The notes: generated by a model from the letters alone, not told the origin. Positions 22,769-34,191 are shown, counted from the first letter of the stretch. The stretch: DNA of 64,000 bases from an uncultured Methanoregulaceae archaeon (GCA_963705255.1 OY970061.1:1504001-1568000), one strand, 5' to 3'. A program made the numbers and translations.

Positions 22769-23707
22769 TCAGAGGGGCCGGAACCCATAATCCTTAAGGT
22801 CCTGCTGTCCGAAGGCAGAAAGCATGAAATTCTCGAAATCCGCAGATGCACCCGTGCTGGTGGATCCTTTCAGGACACCAATGGTGTAGGTCTGGAGATA
22901 ATTGTCTTTCTTCGGGATGGTAATTGCAAGGTAGGTGTTCTTGGGCGCTGCCGTATAGGTGGATTCGTACACGAACCCTGCATCCACTTCACCGAGAGAG
23001 ACCTTGGTCGCAACAGCCGGTTCCGAGGTCTCATAGGTGACCACATTTTTGAAGACTGAGCTGTTCCAGTCCGCGTTATAGGTGTCTTTCGCAAGGTTGG
23101 CTAGCACTGCTACGGTGGCAGTACCGGCCGGGACGCTCTTGTCCTCCATCGCGATCTTCACCCCGGGATTTGCCAGGTCGGCCATGGATTGGATATTACC
23201 GGGGTTGCTGGCCGGGAGGATGACGATAACATAGTTTGATGTAAGAGGATGCACCGTACTATTCACGAAATAGCCCTCTCCCTTGAGCGTGTTTGTGTAG
23301 GAGTTGCTGGCGGAGATGAACACATCTGCATAGGCACCGTTCTCGACCTGTGTCTTCAGGGCCTGGGTCCCGTCGAGGTTGAACACGACCGTGTCTCCGG
23401 GATACATCTTTTCGAAATCCGACGCAAGCTTCGGAGAGACACCGCTAAGAGAGGCTGCGGTGTACGCCACCACATTGCCCTGGGACGGGGTAAACGTGGG
23501 TTTGGGCGTGCCCGTGGTCGCAGCAGCCGGTGTTGGCACCGGTGCAGCTGTCGTCACGGCAGGCTGGGGCGTCGGGGCGGGTGTTGCTGGCGGGGTCTGG
23601 GACTGCGGGGCGGTGGAGGTGCAGCCTGCAAGGAATGCCGTTGCCAGCAGGAGTCCGCATACGATACCAATAAGGATAAGACTGTTTTTACTCAATGACC
23701 GTTTCAT
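22769..23707 (-). CDS. modA: Molybdate/tungstate ABC substrate-binding lipoprotein
   Basis: LAGC lipobox, YTAASL, ADVFISA, SVPAG, GEVDAGFVY. Confidence 0.9.
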   Translation of the reverse strand: MKRSLSKNSLILIGIVCGLLLATAFLAGCTSTAPQSQTPPATPAPTPQPAVTTAAPVPTPAAATTGTPKPTFTPSQGNVVAYTAASLSGVSPKLASDFEKMYPGDTVVFNLDGTQALKTQVENGAYADVFISASNSYTNTLKGEGYFVNSTVHPLTSNYVIVILPASNPGNIQSMADLANPGVKIAMEDKSVPAGTATVAVLANLAKDTYNADWNSSVFKNVVTYETSEPAVATKVSLGEVDAGFVYESTYTAAPKNTYLAITIPKKDNYLQTYTIGVLKGSTSTGASADFENFMLSAFGQQDLKDYGFRPL

Positions 23708-23865
23708 AGGTATCATTCCTTTGAACACAACCCTATTGGTCATGGTTACGTAAAATTATTTTCATTTAACTTTTAAAATTGATAACTATAATTAGTTAAT
23801 ATTCCCATTTTTTGATACATAAAATCTTTCAAAGGTCACTCAGGAATATAAAAACAGGGAAGGGA

Positions 23866-24075
23866 TCAATCGACAGCAATCATCACTTCACTGGATTTAA
23901 TAACCGCATACGCTGTGACACCGGGTGCGAGACCCAGCGTCTCGACAGATTTTTTTGTGATGATTGAAGTAATCTCCGATCCATCCGCAAGTTTGAGCGT
24001 GACTTCCGAGTTTACACTCCCTGGTATGATCCGCGTTACTTTGCCTTTCAACATGTTTCTTGCACTTATTTTCAC
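23866..24075 (-). CDS. TOBE/Mop molybdate-binding protein
   Basis: KISARN.LKG, SIIT..S...LGL, AVIKSSEVM. Confidence 0.9.
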   Translation of the reverse strand: MKISARNMLKGKVTRIIPGSVNSEVTLKLADGSEITSIITKKSVETLGLAPGVTAYAVIKSSEVMIAVD

Positions 24076-24814
24076 AAACGAACATCTCCAGTACTTTCTT
24101 ACACGCCAGTGCGTGATTAGGTTTGGTCATTGTGTTTATTCTTAAAATAAATATCGGTAGTGGAAGTCATACCAGAAATTACCGATACGGTATCGTGTTC
24201 AGATCAAAATAGTTTTTCAGCTCTCCGTGTATCCTGGTTTTGATACCTGATTCGCTAAGGCCAAGTATACCCCGACATTAAGTAATTTAACTTAATTTGT
24301 ATATGAAGTTAAATAAAAAATATTATAAACAGAGATGTCTAACATGATTATTGTCCCTTGGAAACACGCACCAACCGGACACATGCACACACATACTTAA
24401 ATGCACACACATATTTCAGCCAGTATTTTGGTCAGGAAATTCCCCGGTGAACAGGACCGGGGAATTATTTTCTCATCTACCGGATATTCATCATCTGATG
24501 CAATGGTATTCCCCGCGTCAGTACGCTGGCTGGCAATCCGGCAGCATTTTCATAATGAGATCCTGTCTTTATTTTCCATGTCGGATTTTCACCCCATTAA
24601 CAAATTCCCTGCAGATGTCAACTCATCAGGGCCGCATTTTTTCTTTTAATTCACATTAAGCGAGAAATTGATGCAGTTCCTTCAAGTTCACTTTCTTGAT
24701 ATTTTTCGTTTTTTCAATACATCCGAGGGCTCTTGTCAAGAGGAAATGCAGGCCCTTTCACCTATCGTTATTATTATAGAAGGACTGGAAATCGATTTTG
24801 ATCCAACCCGTCCT

Positions 24815-25549
24815 TCATGCAGTAATTGCTTCCTGGGTATCGGAGAACCTGTTTTCCGGGAGTTTTATCCGGACATCCGACTGGCAGACCATGGAAACAA
24901 TACAGATACCGATACCCAGAAAGCCGAAGGCTATCAGATAGTACCCTGACCAGTTCATGGCAAACTGGAATACAAGGAAAAAAAAGAGGATCGAGCCGTG
25001 GTAGATATGAAAACGGAGTATCCGGTTATCCATGACGTCGCAGGGTCGTATCGATCCGAAAATCCTGGTATCATTCATTGGATAGAAAGGGGAGATCCCT
25101 TTTCGGGTACAGAGATCTTCTGCAAGATGGAGGAGCATTCCCAACAATATTCCCCCGAGAGATCCCATGAACAGGGAAACAGGAATATAATTTTTAAAAA
25201 GGGAGACGAGGACATACGCTATTCCTGCCAGTATGGTGAAATACAAGAAAACCCCGGGGATTGAATGGGTCAGCCGCTTGTCTCCCGGTTCAGCGGCAAT
25301 TTTAAAAAATCTGCTGTACAGTGTGCATATGACCGGTATACAGATCAACCTGCCAGCCTGCACAATCCTCCAGGCAATCATGAGGAGAATGCTTTTTTTG
25401 GGCCGTTTCATGTGGATATCCGGAAGAATGATGCCAATACCTGTTCCCGCTGTCACCAGTACTGCCAGAAATGGATCAAAAACCACTATTGCGCTGCCGA
25501 GGATAATGCTGCAGAGCAGTCCAAGTACGACGTGATGGCGAGTGAGCAT
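24815..25549 (-). CDS. Membrane metal-dependent hydrolase (YdjM-like)
   Basis: HH N-terminus, LPDIH, KRLTHSI, LHLAEDLCT..G motifs with TM helices. Confidence 0.78.
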   Translation of the reverse strand: MLTRHHVVLGLLCSIILGSAIVVFDPFLAVLVTAGTGIGIILPDIHMKRPKKSILLMIAWRIVQAGRLICIPVICTLYSRFFKIAAEPGDKRLTHSIPGVFLYFTILAGIAYVLVSLFKNYIPVSLFMGSLGGILLGMLLHLAEDLCTRKGISPFYPMNDTRIFGSIRPCDVMDNRILRFHIYHGSILFFFLVFQFAMNWSGYYLIAFGFLGIGICIVSMVCQSDVRIKLPENRFSDTQEAITA

Positions 25550-25579
25550 GGACGGAGTTTCCGTGGAATGTCCGGTAGT

Positions 25580-25993
25580 TCAGGCTGTAACTGGCAGTTC
25601 CATCACAAATTTTCTGGCATTCTTCTTCTTTGTGAGCCAGACAAGTTTTCCACCGGCAAATGCAAACGCGGTCATCAGGAGGATCCGTATGTGGGGCGGG
25701 ATGCCGGAGATATCGGTTGCCTGGGGCGTGAGCAGGTGCTTTTTTGTGTGGGATCCATGACCATCGGGCAGCGAATCGAGTGCGCTGATCAACTCTTCTT
25801 TTGGTTCCGGGTCCAAGGATACCGCAATAAATCCAATTTCCGTCCCTGCCCATTTGCTTCGGGAAATCCGGTAAAAACATCCCGGGATCCGGGATCCCTG
25901 TACCCGTTCAATGGTCCATCCATCATATTCGGGTAACATCTGGCGAATATCTCGTTCTGCAAACAGCTCCATCACATCTTTTGGTGAGCCCAT
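25580..25993 (-). CDS. Hypothetical protein
   Basis: Protein-like ORF co-oriented with the hydrolase; start could be 26002. Confidence 0.6.
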   Translation of the reverse strand: MGSPKDVMELFAERDIRQMLPEYDGWTIERVQGSRIPGCFYRISRSKWAGTEIGFIAVSLDPEPKEELISALDSLPDGHGSHTKKHLLTPQATDISGIPPHIRILLMTAFAFAGGKLVWLTKKKNARKFVMELPVTA

Positions 25994-26289
25994 AATGATC
26001 ACAATTCTGTAGTATTTCCGATCATATAAGTTTTAGTAATTTTAATTTACTTTTTAAAGAAATTAACTATAAATATTTAATAGGGAAGATTACCTGAACT
26101 CAATTGGAACTGATCTAATCACCATGGCCCGGCCAAGCACGGTTTTACTGAAAATATCGTGCAGGGTGGATATGAGAGGTCTTCGCTTTCATCAGTCTGT
26201 CCCACGATAACGGCAATAAAAGATAGTATTGCTCTTTTTTTACCGGGAAGGGTCATGAGGCAACTATGCTTTTTATAAACATAAAGTGA

Positions 26290-26310
26290 TTAACAAATGA
26301 TCATAGTTAA
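26290..26310. promoter_or_regulatory. Putative operator TTAAC-N11-GTTAA overlapping a TATA-like TTAAATA upstream of the pilin operon
   Basis: TTAACAAATGATCATAGTTAA; related sites at 33133, 35067, 45141, 24292 and 26046. Confidence 0.35.
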
Positions 26311-26419
26311 ATACATTTTTTAACAAGTAATATGTTGGCATGATGGATGAAATGCGCTCATATCGTTCCACTATAGCAGAACCATTCATGAAATCGTCAT
26401 GACTGATGGAGGGAACCGG

Positions 26420-27090
26420 ATGATCAGGATTAAGAATCGGAAAATACGAGAACATGAAGATGCAGTTTCCCCGGTTGTCGGTGTGATGCTGATGCTCGTC
26501 GTCACCATTATCATTGCAGCAGTGGTAAGCGGTTTTGCCGGCGGATTGATCGGGGGAAGCAACCAGAAGACCCCCACGCTCGTCATGGACGTGAAGATTA
26601 CGAATACGGGAAATGCTGCCACCAGCAGCTTTCTGCAACTGTTAGCAGTATAAGTGATCCAACCCCTTCGAGTAATCTGTGGCTGACAACTTCCTGGGTG
26701 ACCACAATGAAGGTTCAAGGCGTGTCGACAGGGACCAAAGCATCTACTGTGATGGGAGCAGCATTTGCCAGCGGGGGAAACTCAACGATTAATGGCGCAC
26801 CGTATGGATTCGGTCCCGGGGTTACCGGGTCCACAAATCTGGTTTCGCCCTATCTCCCAAACCAGAACTTTGGCAACTACACATTTACCCAGGGTACCGG
26901 GCTGGTTGCTGAACCCGCTTCATCGTATTCCGGGTATTCTACCAGTGGCGGCATAAACAGTGCAATGCAAACGGTCCTCGGGAGCGGCTGGGAACAATTA
27001 AGTCCGGGAGATATCGTCACGGTTCGTGTCATTTATGTACCTACAGGTAAGGCCATTTTCCAGAAAGATGTGGCAGTTACGGGGGCTTAA
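26420..27090 (+). CDS. Archaeal type IV pilin (DUF1628-like), type A; apparent frameshift near 26632
   Basis: HEDA/VSPVVGVMLMLVVTIIIAAVVSGF class III signal; C-terminus GDIVTVRVIYVPTGKAIFQKDVAV in ORF 26698..27090. Confidence 0.82.
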
Positions 27091-27092
27091 CG

Positions 27093-27641
27093 ATGAAGAA
27101 GATCAATGAGAATGGAGTTTCACCGGTGGTGGGCGTGATGCTGATGCTGATCGTGGTGATTATCATCGCTGCGGTGGTATCCGCATTTGCCGGTGGTGCA
27201 GTAAGCGGAGTGAATAAAGTCTCGCAGGCAACAATCACCGGGACATTCAGCGTCGGGAATGGCCTTGAGATCGATCATGCAGGTGGCGATAGCCTCGCAA
27301 CTGCTAGTACGATCTTCACCATTTTTGATGGTCCCACGTTCGGGCAGAATCTTGATCAGAAGACCGCCCAGGTCCTGAACAAGACCCTGATCACCGATAT
27401 CAATGGCAATCCTCTGGATAATGGTTATGGATCATCGAGTGTTACCGTATTTTTGCCCGGGACTGCCCTGTTCATCAACGGTACAATGGCGACCTGCCAG
27501 AATCTCCAGCCGTCAGTTTATTTATCAAATCCCAGCTACTGTATCAGCAATTCCACTAATATCGGGAAAACCTTCACACTTGAGGTAAGCGATAACCATG
27601 GAAATCTGATCTCAAAGACGGATGTGACCATTAAACCGTAA
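27093..27641 (+). CDS. Archaeal type IV pilin (DUF1628-like), type B
   Basis: NENG/VSPVVGVMLML, HAGGD, IGKTFTLEVSD. Confidence 0.87.
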   Translation: MKKINENGVSPVVGVMLMLIVVIIIAAVVSAFAGGAVSGVNKVSQATITGTFSVGNGLEIDHAGGDSLATASTIFTIFDGPTFGQNLDQKTAQVLNKTLITDINGNPLDNGYGSSSVTVFLPGTALFINGTMATCQNLQPSVYLSNPSYCISNSTNIGKTFTLEVSDNHGNLISKTDVTIKP

Positions 27642-27692
27642 CCGTGTCAGAACGGATGCACGAAACTCAGTCGAATAAAAGGGAGAGAGTAC

Positions 27693-28727
27693 ATGAAACA
27701 ACAGAATGAAAGGGCCGTATCCCCGGTGGTGGGCGTGATGCTGATGCTGATCGTGGTGATCATCATCGCAGCAGTTGTCTCCGGGTTTGCCGGTGGGCTG
27801 GTTGGTGGTAAAAACCAGAAAGTTCCCCAACTTGTCATGGACGTAAGTATTGCGAACAGCGGTTACTGGTCAACGAGTTATATCAAGGGAGAGGTAACCG
27901 GAGTGGATGCCCCTATCAACACCAGGGATCTGGAAATTGTTACATCCTGGACTAAGAGCCTCAACAACGGGACAATGATAACTGGCGGGGCAACAACGAT
28001 GCCCGGGGTAGTTAATTTCAATGCGATCTATAGTACCCATGGAAGCTACGGGTATGATTTGTGGCGGCTTACCGTCCCGCAGGGTTATGGGGCCGGCGTT
28101 GGACAGAACGCGACGTATCCAGGTAATATCTTCTGGACTCTCGAAGGAGGCACCGGTACTAATGGCGGCGCTACCCTGTATAATCTTGAACATACTGGAA
28201 CCGCTACAAATAATTCATGGTGGGGGAATTACTACCTCCAGGCCGGTACAGAATTCTTATGCCGGCCGTTCGGGGGATCGAATAACGGACAACAGGCGGG
28301 CAATTCGGAGTATACCGTTGGTTATGGCGTAGGCAGCAGCACCACCAGCCCCGCTGTGAGATACCAGTACGTTTACGGGGATGTTGCCAATTCCGGTACT
28401 TGTGCAATAACAATGATCGGGGGTCTGAATGGGGGAGGGGGAGGGGGTCTGGGATATCCGGCCGTGACATGCAGTGGTGCACATTTCTATCCCTACCCCA
28501 CCGGTAATCAACTTCCTGACCCGGAGCCAACAACATACGTCCCCAGCCTTATTCCAGGTAATCCCTGGGATCCAACAACGTACAGCATCGACCAGATGCA
28601 GGGAGTGCTCGGCGTGAACTGGGACCAGCTGCGGGCCGGCGATATTGTTCACATGAAAATAATTCACATACCCACCGGAAAGATCATCTGGCAGAAAGAT
28701 GTTGTCGTGCAGGGAAGTGTATTATGA
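27693..28727 (+). CDS. Archaeal type IV pilin (DUF1628-like), long type A
   Basis: NERA/VSPVVGVMLML; C-terminus GDIVHMKIIHIPTGKIIWQKDV. Confidence 0.87.
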   Translation: MKQQNERAVSPVVGVMLMLIVVIIIAAVVSGFAGGLVGGKNQKVPQLVMDVSIANSGYWSTSYIKGEVTGVDAPINTRDLEIVTSWTKSLNNGTMITGGATTMPGVVNFNAIYSTHGSYGYDLWRLTVPQGYGAGVGQNATYPGNIFWTLEGGTGTNGGATLYNLEHTGTATNNSWWGNYYLQAGTEFLCRPFGGSNNGQQAGNSEYTVGYGVGSSTTSPAVRYQYVYGDVANSGTCAITMIGGLNGGGGGGLGYPAVTCSGAHFYPYPTGNQLPDPEPTTYVPSLIPGNPWDPTTYSIDQMQGVLGVNWDQLRAGDIVHMKIIHIPTGKIIWQKDVVVQGSVL

Positions 28728-29251
28728 GACCGCAGAATGAAAGTGCAGTATCCCCGGTAGTAGGCGTAATGCTGATGCTGATCGTGGTGATCATCATTGC
28801 GGCTATTGTCAGCGGCTTTCCCGGCAGCCTGGTAAGTTCAAACAACAAAGCCCCAGAGGCGAATATCCAGGGAACGTACAGCGCGTCGGCAGGCATACTC
28901 CAGATGTACCATGCCGGTGGCGATGAACTAGCGACCCAGAAAATTTTTGTCGTGGTGCGATTGAAGGATGAAGAGAACGGAGGTTTCTCCGGCACCATGT
29001 CACGAAGCAGTACCAATAAATCCAATATATGTAATTCTGCAGGAACGTGCTGGCTCAATGCCACGACAGGTTTGGTTGATCTGCCCGTATGGACGCCAGG
29101 CCAGACCATGTATTATACAGGAACCTCCGGGACCGGCATGTCCACGGCCACGGGCCTTACTACAGCCAGTATCGGAAATACCTTCACCCTCGAAGTCGAT
29201 ACCATCGATGGAAAACTGATCTCCAAGAGCGATGTAAAGATTGGTCCATAG
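28724..29251 (+). CDS. Archaeal type IV pilin (DUF1628-like), type B
   Basis: NESA/VSPVVGVMLML, HAGGD, IGNTFTLEVDT. Confidence 0.87.
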   Translation: MRPQNESAVSPVVGVMLMLIVVIIIAAIVSGFPGSLVSSNNKAPEANIQGTYSASAGILQMYHAGGDELATQKIFVVVRLKDEENGGFSGTMSRSSTNKSNICNSAGTCWLNATTGLVDLPVWTPGQTMYYTGTSGTGMSTATGLTTASIGNTFTLEVDTIDGKLISKSDVKIGP

Positions 29252-29424
29252 AACGGAGGATAATTTTCACCGGACAGATCTTGCATGAAGGAGGACTATC
29301 TCCTCCTTTAAGGAAGGATCACCAGTTTTTTTTAATCTCTCTCATCTCACCAGAAATGTTGACAGACAAAAAAAACAGACCCCGTTAAAAAAACAGCCTG
29401 CCGGCAGTATATGAATGATATCCC

Positions 29425-30099
29425 ATGACAGAAACATCCGAATCCTTCTGGAAAACCGCGGACGATGCCCGGCAGTACGACGAGTTTGCAAAAACCACGT
29501 TTGCCCGGATCTACCCGATCATCGCCAACCAGATCCTCGACCGGACCGGGATCAGCACGGGCACCTGCCTCGATGTGGGATCCGGGCCGGCGCCACTTGC
29601 GATTGCCATTGCACTCCTCTCGGATCTCCGTGTGACGGCACTCGACAGTTCGCGAGAGATGCACACACTTGCCGTGCAGAATGTCCGGGCCCGGGGTCTT
29701 TCACGACGCGTAATCCCGGTGATAGGGGATGTCCATGCAATTCCTGCTGATGATGGCGCGTTCGACCTCGTAGTGAGCCGGGGGTCCTACCACTTCTGGC
29801 AGGATCTCCCGGCCGCATTCCGGGAGATCCTCCGGGTCATGAAGCCGGGCGGTGCAACCTATATTGGCGGGGGATACGGGACCTCACAGATCAAGGCAGA
29901 AGTCATTGCCGGGCGAAAGGAGCGCGGGATCGTGGACGATCCGGATCATCCGGCACGTACCCGGTTCCGCAAGTTCCGGGCCGGTGAGATCGAAGCCTCG
30001 ATTGAATCTGCCGGGATCAACGATTACCGGATCATCAGCGATGATGCCGGGTTCTGGATGGTCATCAGAAAAAATGGTGGGACGAAGAAACCGGAATAG
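29425..30099 (+). CDS. Class I SAM-dependent methyltransferase
   Basis: CLDVGSGP motif I, GDVHAIP, FDLVVSRGS, RVMKPGG. Confidence 0.9.
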   Translation: MTETSESFWKTADDARQYDEFAKTTFARIYPIIANQILDRTGISTGTCLDVGSGPAPLAIAIALLSDLRVTALDSSREMHTLAVQNVRARGLSRRVIPVIGDVHAIPADDGAFDLVVSRGSYHFWQDLPAAFREILRVMKPGGATYIGGGYGTSQIKAEVIAGRKERGIVDDPDHPARTRFRKFRAGEIEASIESAGINDYRIISDDAGFWMVIRKNGGTKKPE

Positions 30100-30670
30100 T
30101 TCTGCTTTCTCTAAAAACCGGTCCTGAAATTCTTCCCTTCAGTCATAATTTTTTTTAAGATTGATCATTCATCCGTGCGCGTGATAAAAAAATCCGCCAA
30201 ATTTTTCTATAACCGTCAGAAGATTCTGCCAGGATCCAAATGGTTGTGAACCGGTTGGGGATCCTTTCGGACAGAGGCAGTTATCCCTCATCTGATCCAT
30301 GAGATCTATCCCCGATCACCCGGGATCCCAAATTGCCTTTTCCTTCTGCCACCCCTGGTGGGTGTACCCGATCCCAGAGCCGATCATCAAATTAAAAGGG
30401 TCCTATTAGCGCAGTTTTGCCTCTACGACGTAAAATTTTGCAAACCGGGGCAGGATCAGACAATTCCAGGGCATTTCAGCTGGTATTTTTGGTGAATTCC
30501 GCAGTTTTTCGGTCTCCCGAAAGAAGGGTGTCTCCGGAAAATCGCTTGAAATATCCTCCGTTTGACAAAAGGAGGCCATTTTATGATAGGGGATTTCAGG
30601 ACAGGAGCAGTACTCCCCGTGAGGCAGTTCTCCGACGGAGGACTCTCGACGGGGGTCCCGGATACGGGTT

Positions 30671-31118
30671 TCAGGGATTGAATGTGTCCCCCGGCTGGTG
30701 AGGGGAGACTGCAACCGGCTGCGTGACGGGGGTCACGGTTCCCGGCTGTGGGACCGGAGATTTTTGAGGGAGCAGGGCACCGTCCCGCCCGAGTTCGGCG
30801 AGTCCGGTGTCGCAGACCCGGAAGAATCTCCAGCAGTACTCCGGTGAACAGATCCAGAGCTCGCGGGAAATTTCCCGGGATGACGGGGAACATCTTCAGG
30901 CCGCTGATCTCCTCATGTGCCTCCCGCTCCAGCCACTGCATGGTGCAACGGAGGTAACGCATGCGTTTGATCCGGACCTGCGCCAGGCACGGAGGGATTG
31001 CAATGGAGAAGTCACCGATCATACCGGGAACGCGCTCGTAATAGTGAACGAGTCCCCGTTTTTTTGCGATCTTGTCTGCTTCTTCCAGTGCCCTGATCGG
31101 GTGCCGGCCGCGGCTCAT
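30671..31118 (-). CDS. Hypothetical protein; apparent frameshift near 30885
   Basis: MSRGRHPIRALEEA...; shifted frame continues SREISRELWICSPEYCWRFFRVCDTGL to a stop at 30671. Confidence 0.55.
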
Positions 31119-31551
31119 GGTGCACCTCCGGAAATTTTTGATATGCCGGGGCGGGATGGTCGCGTTGCGGCGAGGATGTGTTCCTCTGCGATTGGTGGAA
31201 TTCCTGCGGCCGGGCTAGTGCCCGGCATACGATCGTGTGCTGTGAGTTTCAGTTCAGCTGCTTTCGTGGTGAACTGGTTGTTCCTGTCTATGACAAATCC
31301 TCCTACGATTTTCTGCTCCGGGCCGGATCCTGATTTATCACTCTTTTACGGGAAATCGGCCGGGCCGGATACCTCTTCAACTATTATTGATCAAGATATA
31401 TATACATTTTAGTATGAATTGAAAACGGGAAGTGGAACGTTCATCCGGAACCTTGGTGCCATTGTTGAACGGGCAATATGACAGAACGATTAATAAAACT
31501 ACGACCATCAGTTTCACGAAAAAATCAGAACCGTCACGGTTTTCCCCCCAT

Positions 31552-32419
31552 TCACAGGCACCCGACGTTATACTTCCGCTGGTGTTTCCGCAGGGCGGTC
31601 TCCATGTCCGGGGCATTCATCACATCGGCTGCAAACCGGGCCGGGTCGCTGATGGCAACGGACATGACAATGTTGATCCCGTTCTCAAAGAGCACGTCCG
31701 GGATCAGCTGGGCGCTCGACCCGTAGAGTGCACGTATACGGGCATACTTCGCATATCCCACGACCTCTTCGAAGGTACCATTCACGAGCGTAGAACCGGT
31801 GATGATCGTAACATCCGCGTCTTTGAGCACTTCCTGGTTCTCCTCGACCGGGTGGACGGTGATACCGGCAGGTCCGTAGCTGACCGTTTCACCGACAATT
31901 GTTGTCCGGAAGGTTTCCACCGGCCGCTGGTCGGTAACATGCAGTTCCCGGCACCGCCCGGTATAGCTCTTGACTGAGGCCCCCGTATCCCACGATCACC
32001 AGGTTATCGTCGCTTCTGACAAGATCTTTTACTTCCAGACCAACGGAATACCCCTTGTTCTGGAGCACTTCATCGGTGACAAATGGCTGGGAGAGTGCAT
32101 TGAGCGAGGTAAGGGCGACCGAGCGCCGGCTCAGGCGGGTGTCAGAAATATTTGCAGATGCCACATCAAAGAGGGGCGAGCCGATGCAGGACTTCAAGTA
32201 CTCCAGGTCCTGCAGGGTCTGGTCGGTGCCATAGTGGGGATTATTGTTCTGGAAGCTCATCGCAACCCCGCAACACCCGCAGCTTCCGATCACCGCATTC
32301 CAGCCCGGGTTAAGCCCGAAGTTCTTCACCGTAACCTCGGGCAGGCCAAGCCGGTGGTATTCGCTTGCAAGTTTCTCATACCCTTTTTCAAGAATTGTGT
32401 GTGAGTGGTCCGGTCTCAT
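31552..32419 (-). CDS. DUF364 Rossmann-like (putative heavy-metal chelation) protein; apparent frameshift near 31975
   Basis: LNALSQ, VIVGYG, ADVTIITGSTLVNGTFE, YGSSAQL.P..LF..G. Confidence 0.75.
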
Positions 32420-32492
32420 CGTGTCTTCCTGAAGTGTACAATTTTGATATGTCCCGTCTTTTGTTTTTCAGCAATGATCTTGACAATGTCTC

Positions 32493-33098
32493 TTATTCCC
32501 GTTCCGTGTAGTATGACCCGCCGGCACAATTGCCGCACAGGACCGTTCCGTCGCGGGTGACCTCTTTGTTATCGACAATCATCTCGTTGCACCTGCTGCA
32601 ACGTGCATGGTATTTCGGCATACCCGGCATGTCTCCATCGGGTATGGTGAGACTCACATGCCGGATGCGAAACAGATCGGATTCCGGCGTTTCGAGCAGT
32701 ATTTTTGCCGCGTCTTTCATAGCCTCATTTCCCGTCTTCTCCGTCCGCTTCTTCTCAAGCACGTTGACCCGTACCGCGGTACCGGTCTTAAGGTCCACGT
32801 AAGTAGCCGCGAACTTTCCGTACGGCCGGTACTTCAGCGTGCGGTGGCCGAGCGAACAGCTGGTGATTGCCTGGATCGCGTCGGCAATGCAGCGGTCGAT
32901 CTCCACATAGACAATGAGATTGCGGTTCTTCTTCAGAGGATTCATGCCCAGTTCCCGCATGCCGATCATGGTCATCCGGGTACCCAGAACAATACCGGCA
33001 CAGATCTCATCGTGGAACTCCTTTGCCTTCTGGAGAAGGAGATCGAGATCGGTCGCCGGCCGTTCTGAGTCCCGTTTCGCGTCTTGGTTTTCAGTCAT
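32493..33098 (-). CDS. fwdE: FmdE/FwdE family protein with C-terminal Zn ribbon
   Basis: FHDEICAGIVLG, EIDRCIADAIQ..T.CSLG, YGKFAAT, CSRC...CGNC. Confidence 0.85.
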   Translation of the reverse strand: MTENQDAKRDSERPATDLDLLLQKAKEFHDEICAGIVLGTRMTMIGMRELGMNPLKKNRNLIVYVEIDRCIADAIQAITSCSLGHRTLKYRPYGKFAATYVDLKTGTAVRVNVLEKKRTEKTGNEAMKDAAKILLETPESDLFRIRHVSLTIPDGDMPGMPKYHARCSRCNEMIVDNKEVTRDGTVLCGNCAGGSYYTERE

Positions 33099-33132
33099 CA
33101 GTAGTACTTGTCCCTCAGAATTAATAATTTAA

Positions 33133-33153
33133 TTTACTTTCTGGAAATGTTAA
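33133..33153. promoter_or_regulatory. Putative operator TTTAC-N11-GTTAA in the fwdE / membrane protein divergent promoter
   Basis: TTTACTTTCTGGAAATGTTAA. Confidence 0.33.
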
Positions 33154-33264
33154 ATGAAAATACTTATTTGACCGTACTTTGATAGATATACTGTACCAGA
33201 ATCCACCGGATACGTCGAGAGAGCACCCGGCGGCACACCAGAACTGGAATTATGAGGATCATAC

Positions 33265-34191
33265 ATGACAGAAGAGAAAAGCCAGTGCGATTGGAAAACG
33301 AAACTCGCCGGATATTTCACCCGGCAGGATCTGTTGATCATCGTTGCCCTTGCAGTGATTGCCTTCCTGACCAGCAGCTTCGGGCTCAGCCATGTCCTTC
33401 CCGGGGGAAGTGCACCGGGACTGGTCCATGCGTTCCTGAAACTTCCCGGACCGGGTGCGGGGATCTTTATTGCCAGCGCATTTACCTGCCTGTGGTTCGT
33501 GCTCGGGATACTTATTACCAAAAAACCCGGCACGGTCATCCTCATGGCGCTTCTTATTATCGTGTTCAGTCTTGTGTTTTCCCTGGCCATGAGTGGTTTT
33601 GGGGGACATGGTGGACATGCCACAACCGGTAACAGGGGATATGCCACAACCGGTAATTTGTCAACACCAGGTGGAGCAGCCGAGGGAGCACCGACCGGAG
33701 GAGGACAGCCGATCCGGTTCGATTATCTGGCACTTGTTGTTGCTATCATCATCGAATGCGCAGGTCTGCTTGCACTGGAGAAAAAGCCCTGGAAATACCT
33801 CTTCCCGACCCTCCTCACCATCATGGGCATCATTACGCTTGCTCTCTGGCTGACCGGTAATGCAAAGATGGGAGAGAACGGGGCTGCGGCAACCGTCTTC
33901 CCGCTCGGGTACGTGGTTTCTGGCATCCTGGCAATCGCAATCGGTATCCTCCTCTATTCGTATCCTTCAGCGAAATATATCATCGGGGCCGGATGCGCGG
34001 AGGTATTTTATATCGTATTCTGCTGGGCATTCAACGGTAAGAGCGGGTTCTTTTCTTGGGCTCCGGTGGCCCTGGCGATACCGGCACTTATAACGTTTGC
34101 ATTTGTATGCGGTGCGATCATGGCAGCAATCGCCTACGGGTTTTACCTGCTCTGGACCAGCTACGTACAGCATGGAAGCGCCAGTACATAG
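33265..34191 (+). CDS. Polytopic membrane protein, ECF S-component-like
   Basis: Multiple TM helices; FT.QDL, LPGPGAG and KKPGT motifs shared with next gene. Confidence 0.65.
   Translation: MTEEKSQCDWKTKLAGYFTRQDLLIIVALAVIAFLTSSFGLSHVLPGGSAPGLVHAFLKLPGPGAGIFIASAFTCLWFVLGILITKKPGTVILMALLIIVFSLVFSLAMSGFGGHGGHATTGNRGYATTGNLSTPGGAAEGAPTGGGQPIRFDYLALVVAIIIECAGLLALEKKPWKYLFPTLLTIMGIITLALWLTGNAKMGENGAAATVFPLGYVVSGILAIAIGILLYSYPSAKYIIGAGCAEVFYIVFCWAFNGKSGFFSWAPVALAIPALITFAFVCGAIMAAIAYGFYLLWTSYVQHGSAST

Noticed and set aside
24351-24800. Short ORFs, an ATGCACACACATA direct repeat and an AATTCCCCGGT/ACCGGGGAATT hairpin
   Set aside because: ORFs look non-coding; the hairpin may be a terminator for the hydrolase gene but nothing more is supported
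27693-28727. Aromatic-rich pilin as a conductive (e-pilus) subunit
   Set aside because: Hand count gives about 10% F/W/Y, mostly in the globular head; composition alone cannot support conductivity
30130-30400. GATC-dense intergenic stretch as a replication origin or regulatory array
   Set aside because: GATC is common throughout the window; no ORB-like repeats or cdc6/orc1 gene nearby
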